Under the pieces are notes generated by a model, which had not been told where the DNA came from, did no database searches, and saw nothing but the letters and a program-made list of their open reading frames with translations. The translations under genes and the position numbers were made by a program. A stretch of DNA of 62,883 nucleotides, the filler included, from Chiloscyllium plagiosum (taxonomy: Eukaryota), in NCBI RefSeq assembly GCF_004010195.1. It is 5 parts of one record of this genome, joined end to end, with 100 filler letters (N's around TTAATTAATTAA, not from the genome) between each part and the next. Parts side by side here need not be neighbours in the genome. Positions count along the whole stretch, not along the records: positions 1 to 16,411 come from NC_057715.1; 4 more parts are not named here. One strand, written 5' to 3'. Every line of letters begins with the position of its first letter. Positions within the stretch are counted from its first letter, which is position 1. This document shows, one piece after another, positions 1-10,540 of the stretch.

Positions 1-3000
1 TTCTTCCACACTGTCCACCACTCCACCGACTTTAGTGTCATCTGCAAACTTACTAACCCATCCACCTATGCCTGCATCCAAGTCATTTATAAAAATGACA
101 AACAGTAGTGGTCCCAAATCAGATTGTGTGGCGCACCACTAGTAACTGGACTCCAGGCTGAATATTTTCTATCAACCACCATCGCTGCCTTCTTACAGAA
201 AGCCAGTTTCTAATCCAAACTGCTAAATTACCCTCAATTCGATGCCTCCGCATTTTCTCCAAAAGCCTACCATGTGGACCCTTGTCAAAAGCTTTACCGA
301 AGTCCATGTAAACTACATCAATTGCCCTAACCTCATTCATATGCTTGGTCGTCATCTCAAAAAACTCAATGAGGTTTGTAAGACATGATCTATCCTTGAC
401 AAAACCATGTTGACTATCTCCAATCAAATTGTTGCTTGCTAGATGATTATAAATCCTATCTCCTATAATCCTTTTCAAAACTTTTCTGACAACAGACGTA
501 AGGCTCACTGTTCTATAATTAACTGGGTCATCTCTACTGCCCTTCTTGAACAAGGGCACAACATTTGCAATCCTCCAGTTCTCTGGTACTAAACCTGTAG
601 ACAATGATGACTCAAAAATCAATGCCAAAGGCTCGGCCATCTCCTCCCTAGCTTCCGAGAGAATCCTCGGATAAATCCCATCCAGCCCAGGGGACCCAGC
701 TATTTTCACACTTTCTGGAATTGATCACACTTTCTTACTAACCTCAATCCTTTCTAGTCTAATAGCCTATAACTCAGTCTTCTCCTCTACAATATTCTCC
801 TTTTCCTGAGTGAAAACTGATGGGAAATATTTGTTCAGCACCTCTCCAATCTCCACAGGATCCACACACAACTTCCCACTTCTGTCTTTGACTGGCCCTA
901 TTCCTACCCTAGTCATCCTTTTATTCCTCACATACCTATAGAAAGCTTTAGGGTTCACCTTTATTCTACCTGCTAAAGACTGCTCATGTCATCTCCTTGC
1001 TCTTAACTCTCTCTTTAAATCCTTCCTAGCTAATCTGTAACCCTCCATCGCCTCATTTGAACCATCTCATCTCAACATCACAAAAGCATCCCTCTTCCAC
1101 TTAACAAGAGATACAATTTCTTTCATAAACCATGGTTCCATTACCTTATCACTTCCTCCCTGCCTGACAGGGACATACCTGTCAAGGTATCACACAATAT
1201 CTGTTCCTTAAACCAGCTCCATATTTCGATTGTCCCCATCCCCTGCATTTTGGTACCTCATTCTATGCCTCCTCAGTCTTGCCTAATCGCATTATAATTG
1301 TCCTTGCCCCACCTATAACTCTTGCCCTGTGGCATGTACCTATCCCTTCCTATTGCTAAACTAAATGTAACCGGATTATGGTCACTCTCTCCAAAGTGCT
1401 CACCTATAACTAAATCAATACCTGACGTGGTCCATTACCAAGCACCAGATCCAGTGTGGCCTCCCTCTTGTCGGCCCTTCGACATACTATGTCAGGAAAC
1501 CCTCCTGCACACATTGGACAAAAACTGTTCCATCTGATGTATTAGAGTTATAACATTTCCAGTCAATGTTGGGGAAGTTGAAGTCCCCCATAATGATCAC
1601 CCTGCTCCTTTCACTCTTACCCAGAATCGTATTGCCAATCCTCTCCTCCACATACCTGGAGGTGGCCTATATTAAAACTCCCAGCAGTGTGACCTCTCCT
1701 CTCCTGTTTATAATCTTAGCCCATACCACCTCAGTAGATGAGTCCTCGTCAAAAGTTCTTTCAACCACTGTCCTTGTTACTGTCCTTGACTAACAAAGCC
1801 ACATCATCCCCTCTTTTACCACCTTCTCTGATCTTAATGAAAGGTCTAAACCCTGGAACCTGCAGCATCCATTCCTCACTCTGCTCTATCCGTGTCTCTG
1901 AAATGGCCACAACATCAAAGTCCCAGGTACCCAACCATGCTGTAAGCTCAGCTACCTTATTCCAGATACTTCTGGCGCTGAAGTAGACATACTTCAAACC
2001 AGCTTGCCGTCTGCCAGCACACTCTCTAGGCCGTAAAATCCTGTCCATATCCTCTCTACTCACATCCTCCTGTGCACTGGAACTACACCACAGGTTCCCA
2101 TCCCCTTGCTGAGCTAGTTTAAACCCATCCGAATAGCAAATTTCCCACCCAAGATATTAGTACCTCTTTAGTTCGAGTGAAGACCAATCTATTTGTAGAG
2201 GTCGCACCTTCCCCAGAATGAGCCCCAATTATCCATATACCTGAAACCCTCCCTCCTGCACCATCCCTGCAGCCACGTGTTCAGCAGATATCTCTCCCTG
2301 TTCCTCGCCTCGCTAGCACGTGGCCAAGATAATAACTCTCTTTGTCCTAGCTCTCAACTTCCATCCTAGCTTCCTGAAATCCTATCTTACAGCACTATCC
2401 CTCTTTCTACCTATGTCGTTGGTACCTATGTGGACTACAACTTGGGGCTGGTCACCCTCTCCCTTCAGGACCCGAAAGACATGATTCGAGACATCACGGA
2501 CCCTGGCACCTGGGAGGCAACACACCAACTGTGAGTCTCTTTTATTCTCAACAAACCTTCTATCTGACACTCTAACTATTGACTCCCCAATGACTTAACA
2601 CTCACCTCCTTCCCCCCATCCCTTCTGTGCAACAGGGACAGACTATGCCAGAGACCTGCACTCCATCACATGCCCCTGGTAAGTTGTCCCCCCCCCCAAC
2701 AGTATCCAAAATGGTATACTTGTTTTTCAGGGAAAGACTACAGGGGATTCCTGCACTAATGGTTTTTCCCTCTTCTAACAGTTACTCAACTTTCTTTGTG
2801 CCTAGAAGAAACTACTTCCCTGTAACTCTTCACTATCACTGCGTTTGCCTCCTGAATGATCCGAAGTTCATCCAGCTCCCGCTTTAGTTCCCTAACGCGA
2901 TCTTGGAGAAGAAAGAGTTGGGTGCACTTCCTGCACATGTACTTGGATGGGATAATAATAGCGTTCCTAACTTCAAGCATCATGCAGGAGGAACATTCCT

Positions 3001-3140
3001 CTCCCTGCACTGCCATCCCCGCTAATCATCTTATTGTAAAGTAAAAAAGAAGAGAAGCTTACATGATGTGTTCCTAGTGTTTAAGGTTAGAGGAGGTGGA
3101 TGGGTGGAAGGCCCTACAAAGGTAGGGTCTCGGGCTTAAA
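1..3140 (-). mobile_element. CR1-clade LINE, decayed; 5' leader, ORF1 (zinc finger/coiled coil + SGNH esterase), ORF2 (APE endonuclease + RT), runs off window start
   Basis: ORF 2786-3016 MAVQGEECSSC..CRKC..LQDRVRELKREL; ORF 2382-2570 CCLPGARVRDV..VVVHIGTNDIG (esterase); ORF 1761-2063 YFSARSIWNK..DVVAISET (APE); ORF 119-709 SPGLDGIYPRIL..QHGFVKDRSCLTNL..MDFGKAFDK (RT). Frameshifts and deletions between pieces. Confidence 0.95.
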
Positions 3141-3244
3141 AAACATATAACTGAGAGGAAATAAAAGTCCCTCCTTTCCCAGAAACCTCTGCACTGTTAT
3201 AGAACAGAGAGACCTAAGGGTTCAGGTTAATATTCTTTCAGGCA

Positions 3245-3998
3245 TCACAAACAGATAGGGTGGTTAAGAAGGTATTTAGCATGCATGTTTTTATTCATTC
3301 AGGGATGTTGGTATCACTGGCTAGACCAGCATTTATTGCCCATCCTAATTGTCCCAGAGGCCAGTTTAGAGTCAACCACATTGCTGTGGGTCTAGAGTCA
3401 CATGTCAGCCAGACCGGGTAAAGATGACAGTTTCCTTTCCTAAAGGACATTAGTGAACCCAGATGGGTTTTTCTGACAATCAGCTTGCCTTCATTGCTCA
3501 GACTTTTGAGTAATAGGAATTGGATTGTTATGTTGAGGTTGTACAGGATTTTGGTGAGGTCTCTTCCGGAGCATAGTGTCCAGTTCTGGTCGGCCTGTTA
3601 TAGGAAGGATATTATTAAGCTGGAGAGGGTTCAGAAGAGATTTACCTGGATGTCGCTGTGAATGGAGGGTTTGAATTATAAGGAGAGCCTGGATAGGCTC
3701 GGACTTTTTTCACAGAACACAGAAATTTGAGGGGTGACCTTATAGAGGTTTATAACATCATGTGCGGTGTAGATATGATGAATGGCAGGTGTTTTTTTCT
3801 CTGTAGGGCAGGGATTTCAAGACTGGGGGCATATTTTAAGGTGAGGGTTTTTATTTTACACAGTGGTTCATGTATGGAATGAAATTCAAGATGAAGTAGT
3901 GGATACAGGTACAGTTACAATTTTAAAAGCTTTTTGGATAAATACATGAATCAGATATGTTTGGAGAGATGTGAGCCAAGCACAGGCAGATGGAATAG
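3245..3998 (+). mobile_element. CR1 3' fragment (RT C-terminus to 3' UTR), interrupted by a SINE
   Basis: Degenerate [17 protein letters not shown] and LRGDLIEVYKIM-like coding sequence. Confidence 0.85.
3290..3482 (-). mobile_element. Bipartite SINE fragment (core + LINE-type 3' tail) inserted in a CR1 3' fragment
   Basis: cagcatttattgcccatcc..gtcaaccacattgctgtgggtctagagtcacatg..ctaaaggacattagtgaacc matches the copy at 51830-52150. Confidence 0.75.
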
Positions 3999-4192
3999 GC
4001 CCAAGATGTGCAAGTTAGATGAATTGGCCAAGCTAAATTGTCCATAGTGTTCAGGACTGTGTAAGTTAGGTGCATTGGTCAGGGGTGCCCTAGAGTAATA
4101 GGGTAGGGCAATGGGTCTGGGTGGGTTACTCTTCAGAGGGTCAGTGTAGACACGTGGGCCTAATGGCCTGTTTCAACACTGTAGGGATTCTA
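3998..4192 (+). mobile_element. HE1-type SINE, 3' portion
   Basis: caagatgtgcaagttagatgaattggcc..gggtctgggtgggttactcttc..ggcctgtttcaacactgtagggattc, shared with full HE1 copies. Confidence 0.8.
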
Positions 4193-4349
4193 TGCGGAGC
4201 CAACAGGGACACCAGGAGACATACCAGACTAAGCTAGAGTCCCAGACTAACATGTTGATTATGGCAAGGCTAATATAATGGGTGACAAAGTGAAGTTGAA
4301 TAGAATTGCCAGCAACAGTGCATCCTTTCCTGATGAGCTCAATGCTCTG

Positions 4350-4612
4350 CATTTACTGCGAAAGGTGCCGTGGACTTAGAAAATGATGTAGAGTGTTCCA
4401 GAAGAAATAGACCTTGCAGAAGGCTGACAATCAAGAGGAGGGGAATATATGTCTGATGGTAGTTGTAATGGAGGTAACGGAAATGGTGGCTAATGATATT
4501 GATGCTGGTGGGATGGTAGGTGAGGACAAGAGGGCATCGATTGCTGTTATGGGAGGGAGGTGAGGAGATGACGGCTGAAGTGCAGATGTGTCGGACCCAG
4601 TTGAGGTACCTA
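4350..4612 (-). mobile_element. Penelope-like element fragment (RT-to-GIY-YIG linker), inverted relative to the 4828-6400 copy
   Basis: Reverse complement resembles the PLVLTYHPT..IIS.HFR.LQ segment of the PLE at 41899. Confidence 0.65.
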
Positions 4613-4827
4613 CTTCAACTCAGTTTTTTCTTCCCTTGTCCAGTCCCTTCCCATATATATTCGCTATTCCTTTGACACTTTATTTCAGTTTGAGAATTCC
4701 AGTTTGCTAGGTCCAGCCACCTCCTCTTAATCATGGGTGTGCAATCCCTTGACATGTCCATTTCCCCATCAGGATGGTCTCCAGGCTCTCTGCTTCTTCC
4801 TGGAAAAAAGATTTGAACTGTCCCCAT

Positions 4828-6400
4828 CCACTACCAACCTCCTCCGTCTGGCTGAGCTTGTCCTCACTCTGACCTTGTAACACCTCTCACTTTCTTCAGG
4901 TCAAAGGAGTGGCCATGAGTACCTGCACCAGGCCCCAGTTCTGCCTGTCTCTTTGTGGAGTACGTGGCACATTCTTTGTACCAGTCCTACTTCAGATCCA
5001 CCCATAACTCTTCTCCAGCATATTGATGATATCATCGGTGCTGCTTTCCTCTCTTGTCCAGAATTGGAACAGTTTATCAATTCTGCTTCCAATTTCCACC
5101 CCACTCTCATCCTTTAGCTGGCTCATCTCTGACTCCTCCCTTTCCTTCCTTGACATCTCTGTTTCCATTTCTGGGGATAAACTGGCCACCACATATGCAC
5201 TGAAATTCAACTGACTCCCACAGTTACCTTGATTATACCACCACATACCCTGCTTCCTGTAAAGACTCTATTCCATTCTCCCAGTTCCTTCATTTATGCT
5301 ACATCTAATCTGATGATGCCAATTTCACAAGGGTGCATCCGAAATGTCCATCTTCTTCCTCAACTGAGGATTTCCCAGCACCATAGTTGACAGGGCCCTC
5401 AGACATGTTCAGCCCATCTCTCAAACTTCAGCCTTCACTCCCCCTTTCCTCACCTACCATCCTACTAGCATTTACATCCTAGGACCATTAGCTGTCATTT
5501 CCATCATCTTCAGCAGACGTCACCTCCAGTCACATATTCCCCTCCCCTCTCTTGTCAGCTTTCCACAATGACTGTTCCTCCCAGGATACCCTGGTCCACA
5601 CCACCTTCACTCCTAACAAACTCCCAACAGAAGGTGTAACACTTGCCCATTTACTTCCACCCTCCTCATTTTCCAAAGGCCCAAACAGATCTTCCAGGTG
5701 AAGTAGAACTTTACCTACACTTCACTGAATCTAGTCAACTGCATTTGCTGTTCCTCTACATTGGGGAAACAAAGCATAAACAGGGTCACTGCTTCATGGA
5801 GTATCTACCTATAATAGACCCTAAGCTTCCAGTTGCCTGTCACTTCAACACACCACTTTGTTCCCATGCCAACATCTCCGACTCAGTATGCTGCAGTGCT
5901 CCAGCCAAGCTCAGCGCAAGCTGGAAGAACAGCACCTCATGTACTGATTGGGTACTCTAAAGCTTTCTGGACTCAATATTGTTCAATCATGTTCACGGCT
6001 GATCCCCCAGCCCTACCCCCACCCAGGTTTGTTATCACGAAATAAAAACCACACGAGGAACAGGCACTCGTCCCAAAACTTTAACGATGTTTCTCTCTCC
6101 ACAGCTGCTGCCAGACCCACTCAGTTACTCCAGCAATTTCTGTTTTTGTCTCCTCACTCGCCAATCCCCCCTCCTCACTTGACCATTATCCATTCCCTTG
6201 CCTGTCTATCTGTTCTCTCTGAGCTCTAGCTGTACCTATCATTTACTCCTTACCCCATTATGCTACCATCTCTATTGCATAAAAGAGAACTTATTCCTAG
6301 CTACCATTACCTCTGACGAAGAAACACTGGACCCGAAACACAAATCCTGATTTCTCTCCACTGATTTTGCCAGACCTGTTGATTATTCTAGCAATTTCTG
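4828..6400 (+). mobile_element. Penelope-like element, decayed: RT C-terminus, GIY-YIG endonuclease, 3' region with degenerate hammerhead motifs
   Basis: KGVAMST..PSSACLFVEY, IDDIIGA-like, YIGETK-like and PVACHFN motifs; terminal CTGACGAAG..CCCGAAAC at 6313-6339. Confidence 0.85.
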
Positions 6401-6404
6401 TTTA

Positions 6405-6848
6405 TATACCTATGAAGAGAGACTGGCCAACCTCATGTCATTTTCTTTACAGCAGAGAAGGTTGAAAGGGGACCTGACAGAGGTGTATAAGATTATGGGG
6501 GGGCATAGACAGAGTGAATAGAAAGCAGCTGTTCCCCTTCATTGAAGCATCAACAACAAGGGGCATAGTTTTAAGGTGAAAAGTAGGAGGTTTAGAAGGG
6601 TTTAGAAGGGTTTTTTTACCCAGAGGGTCATGGAGGTATGAAGTGCACTGCCTGGAAGGATACTTGAGGCAGGAAACCTCACAATCTTTTTAAAAAGTAG
6701 TTGGATGAGAAATTGAAATGTCATAACATTCAAGGTTATGGGCCAAGTGCTGGAAAATGGGACTAGTGTAAACTACAGGAATTTTGTTTCAGTGCAGACT
6801 CAATGGACCAAAGGGCATTTACTGTAATGTATGATTTTATGATTCTAA
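6405..6848 (+). mobile_element. CR1 3' fragment
   Basis: YEERL..RRLKGDLTEVYKIM-like sequence followed by a CR1 3' UTR ending (t/a)tatgat repeats. Confidence 0.85.
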
Positions 6849-7054
6849 CTCTCAATAGATCACATATTTTTTACATTCCCCATACTTGGTTGTGTTTTTA
6901 CTTGCCTTCACAGCTGCAGTCAGAAGTAGTATATATTGTCTGCAGTACTGTTAGCCAGGGTCCCTTTTTCTGCATTCACCCTGTGTACTTCAATAAGTGC
7001 CCTGATTTCATCCATATGAAGGTATAATCAAATTGTGGTAATGTAAGTGCTTAG

Positions 7055-7390
7055 GCTAGATGCAGACAGACTGTTTTGCCTGGCTGGGGAGTCTAGAAGC
7101 ACAATACATAGTTTCTGGATCCATGGTAAACCATTTGGGACTGAGATGAGGAAAACTATCCTTACTCAGAGGTAGTGAACCTATAGAATTCTCCACCACA
7201 GAAGATGGTGGAGGCCACGTCACTAAATATATTCAAGAGAAAGATACAAAAATTTGTAGATTTCAAAGACATCAAGAGGTATGGGGAGAAAGCGGGAATA
7301 TGACACTGAGGTCAAGAATCGGCCAATATTGTAATGAATGGCGAAGCAGGTTCAAAGGGCCAAAAAGCCTACTCCTGCTCCAAGCTTCTA
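7055..7390 (+). mobile_element. CR1 3' fragment
   Basis: FxTEMRK..FTQRVVNLWNSLP-like sequence and 3' UTR ending gggccaaaaagcctactcctgctcc. Confidence 0.8.
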
Positions 7391-7399
7391 TAATGCAGA

Positions 7400-7952
7400 A
7401 AATTGTGCAAGGATGTCCTTTACACAAAATACAGGAGAAGTGCAACCTGGCAATTACTGCCCCATCACTCTACTCTCAATCATTGATAAAGTGATTGAAG
7501 TGCCATCAACAGTGTTATCAAAAAGCACCCATGTAACAATAGCTTGCAAAAGTGACACTTACTTTGGGTTCTTCTAAGGTTACTGAGCTCCTGACCTCAG
7601 TATACCTTTGGTTCAAACATGGACAAAATAGCTGAATTCCAGACATGAGAGGAGATGACTGCCCTTGACATCAAGGCTGCAATCAGCTGAATGAAGGAGC
7701 CCTCACAGCTTTCGAATTTTTGGGTATCAGGGGAAATCTCTCCACTGGTTGGAGTCATACCTGGCACATAAGAAAATGTTTGTGGTTGTTAGAGGTCAAT
7801 CATCTCAGCTCCAGTACATCTCTACCGGGGTTCCTCAGGGTAGTGCCCTAGGCCCAACCATCTTCAGATGCTTCATCAATGACCTTCCCTCCATTATGAG
7901 GTCAGAAGTGAGGATGTTCACCGATGATTGCACAATGTTCAGCACCATTCAC
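7400..7952 (+). mobile_element. CR1/L2-group LINE (second family), RT fragment
   Basis: NYCPITLLSIIDKV..ALDIKAA..GVPQGSALGPTIFRCFINDLPS..MFTDDCTMF. Confidence 0.85.
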
Positions 7953-7954
7953 AA

Positions 7955-9000
7955 GGGACAGATAGCATTGAGGACGCAGAGAGGCTGCAGGAGGATTTGG
8001 ACAGGTTACGAGAGTAGGCAAAGAAGTGGCAGATGGAGTACACGTGGGAAAGTGTGAGATCATGCACTTTGTCAGGAATAGTGACCTGGACTATTTTCTA
8101 AATGAGGAGAAAATTCAGAAATCTGAAGTGCAAAGAGAATTGGATGTTTTGGTTCAGGATTCTCTCAAGGTAAACTTGCAGGTTGAGTCAGTAGTTGGGA
8201 AGGCAAATACAATGATTTGACAGGACTTGAATATAAAAGCAGGGATGTACTTCCGAGGGCTTATAAGACTCTGGTCAGATCACATTCTGAGTATTATGTG
8301 CAGTTTTGGGACCCACATAGCTCAGGAAGGATGCACTGGCCCTGTAGCGTGTTCAGAGGAGGTTCATGAGAATGGTCCCAGGATTGAAAAGCTTTACATA
8401 TGAGGAATGTTGAGGACTCTGGGTTTACACTTGATGGAGTTTAGAAGAATGAACAGGGATCTAACTGAAACTTACAGAATACCGAAATGGCCTGGACAGA
8501 GTGGATGTTGGGAAGATGTTTCCATTGGTAAGAAAGATGAGGAAACAAGGGCACAGCCATAGAGTAAAGGGAAGACCTTTTACAATGGAGATTAAGAAAA
8601 ACCTCAGCCAGAGAGCAGTGAATCTACAGAATGCATTGCCATTGAAGGTTGTGGAGGCCAGGTCACTGAATATATTTAAGACTGAAATAGATCAATTCTT
8701 AATTGTCAAAAGGATCAAGAGTTATGGGGAGAAAACAGGAGAATAGGGTTGAGGAACTTTTCAGCCATGATTGAATGACAGAGACAAAAAAACCACAGAT
8801 GCTGGAATCCAAGGTAGTCAAACAGGAGGCTGGAAGAACACAGGAAGCCAAGCAGCATCAGGAGGTAGAGAAGTCAACGTTTCATGTGCAACCCTTTTTC
8901 AGGACTAAACAGGGTTACATCTGAAACATTGACTTCTCTATGATTCAATAGCAAAGCAGACTCGATGAGCTGAATGGCCTAATTTCTGATCCTATGTCTA
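7955..9000 (+). mobile_element. CR1 3' half, interrupted at 8783-8940 by a PLE-terminus fold-back element
   Basis: KCEIMHF..QRELDVLVQDSLKV..HSHRVKGRPFTMEIKK; 3' UTR ends cctatgtctacggtc. Confidence 0.9.
8783..8940 (-). mobile_element. Short PLE-terminus fold-back element with degenerate hammerhead motif
   Basis: Minus strand AGTC-CTGAAAAAGGGTTGCACATGAAACGTT-GACT (8872-8906); partial inverted copy at 8911-8938; imperfect flanking duplication atgatt(g/c)aat. Confidence 0.7.
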
Positions 9001-9109
9001 CGGTCCTCTGTTATTGAAACAGTCTGTGTTCAAATAAAAACCAGGCCTGAAAATATCCAGAAACAGACATTTCTGGAAAAACTCAGCAGGTCTGGCATCA
9101 TCTGTGAAG

Positions 9110-9340
9110 AGGAGAAAGTGAGGTCTGCAGATGCTGGAGATCAGAGCTGAAAATGTGTTGCTGGAAAAGCGCAGCAGGTCAGGCAGCATCCAGGGAACAG
9201 GAGAATCGACGTTTCGGGCATAAGCCCTTCTTCAGGAATCAGATTCCTGAAGAAGGGCTTATGCCCGAAACATCGATTCTCCTGTTCCCTGGATGCTGCC
9301 TGACCTGCTGCGCTTTTCCAGCAACACATTTTCAGCCATT
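9110..9340. mobile_element. Young palindromic PLE-terminus element with two head-to-head hammerhead motifs
   Basis: Arms 9146-9240 and 9242-9336 are reverse complements with one mismatch seen; 36-nt extra tail at 9110-9145; direct repeat atctgtgaagag at 9100-9111 and 9341-9352. Confidence 0.9.
9247..9280 (+). ncRNA. Minimal type I hammerhead ribozyme motif (partner on minus strand at 9203-9240)
   Basis: CUGAAGA-A-GGGC-UUAU-GCCC-GAAA-CAUC; the minus-strand partner reads GAAA-CGUC. Confidence 0.7.
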
Positions 9341-9879
9341 ATCTGTGAAGAGAAAACAGAGTTAATATTTGGGTTCAGTAATCCTTCTTCAGAACTTTTG
9401 GTAGCTAGGTATTTATGTAGAAGGTGGGATGAGGAGAAGAGTAAAGGATAGGTGGAGATAGATCCCAAAGAGAGAGAGAAAAATATGTGGACAGACAAAA
9501 CAGTACGTAAAGGTCAATTTGGGAGAATGAATAGCTTCTAAGCTTTAATATGTTGTGTGCTAGCAGCCCATGTGATGACAAGACTTGGTGTGTGGCAGTT
9601 GAGTAAAAACATGGGAAAGGTAGTCAAGCCCTCAAATTGTTGAACTTGATACTGAGTCCAGAAGATCGCAGAGTTCCCCAAGTATAAAATTAAGTGCTGT
9701 TCTTCCAGCTCACCCTGTGCTTTGCTGGATCACTGCCGCAAACCTGAGATCATTCCAAGGTGGCAGCAGAGTAAGATTCTCCAATCGCAGCTCCTCTGCT
9801 TGCCAATTCCTTTTCCTTTTTCTTTCTTTGCCGCCCCCCCCCCCCCCCCCCCCACCCCCTGCAACTTTTAACCACTCCT

Positions 9880-10420
9880 ACCTGGAGAATGGAGTCAAGG
9901 GAAACAAGTCACGACCAGAGTCCAGGCGGGAACTGAGTAAGCGCAAGCTGATATGGGGGCTGAGTCCTGGAGTGACATCAGCAGAGAGAGTTCTGGCTGA
10001 ATTGCAGACCGAGTCACAGAGCAGGGAGCAGACCGAGTACAGGCTGGTGCTGGAGCAGCAGCAAAAGCACACAGGCTGAGCCCTGAAGCAGGAGCAGAGC
10101 GAGCGCAGGCCAGGTCCCGGAATGTGCGAGTCCTGAACAGAGACCGGCATATGGAGGCAGCATTGTTTTGTGTTCTGAAGCCATTAGGCACAGACTAATG
10201 TTGGAAAAGGACTAGAACTTGTAGAACTTAAGTACCTTATAGCCACTTTTTACTACAATTCCATTCCCATGCTTACCTATGTTTTTTAAACTGTAACAAC
10301 ATTTAAAATGTTTGTACCTAGGTATTCAGTAGCTAAGATGGTGCCAAGAGGTGACATACAATCTATTCACTGCACTCATTCAAGTGCACATGTCAATAAA
10401 GGCTATTCTAATTTTGATTC
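9880..10420 (+). mobile_element. Non-autonomous element with Rex1-type 3' tail (GC-rich body)
   Basis: Tail ttcactgcactcattcaagtgcacatgtcaataaa resembles the reverse complement of the Rex1-type tail at 10425-10480. Confidence 0.5.
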
Positions 10421-10424
10421 ATTT

Positions 10425-10540
10425 GATTTTTAGTTTATTATTATTGTCACATGTACTAAGATACAGTGAAAAGTATTATTTTGCATCCTGTCCAGGCAAA
10501 TCACACCTTACATATGCAGATCAGGGAAACAGAATGCAGA
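10425..10540 (-). mobile_element. Rex1/Babar-like LINE 3' tail (continues at 14845-15445)
   Basis: ttattgtcacatgtactaagatacagtgaaaag tail in the same orientation as the Rex1-like RT at 14845-15445. Confidence 0.6.

Larger units (their letters stand above)
9030..9745 (-). mobile_element. Older PLE 3' region with degenerate hammerhead (9359-9396), interrupted by a palindromic insert
   Basis: Reverse complement gives ELEEQHLIL.LGTL..SGLSIKFNN (GIY-YIG C-terminus) and AGTT-CTGAAGAAGGATTACTGAACCCAAATATT-AACT. Confidence 0.75.

Noticed and set aside
9110..9340. Palindromic elements as DNA-transposon MITEs or microRNA precursors
   Set aside because: Arms match the PLE 3' terminus at 42795-42889, the ends are asymmetric and target duplications vary from 8 to 16 nt, which fits retrotransposition.
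9141..9365. Twin MCCWKSAAGQ ORFs on opposite strands
   Set aside because: Direct consequence of the palindrome; not coding.
9717..10191. Proline-rich and Cys/Ser-rich ORFs; poly-C tract
   Set aside because: Produced by a C homopolymer and a GC-rich repeat body; no recognisable domain.
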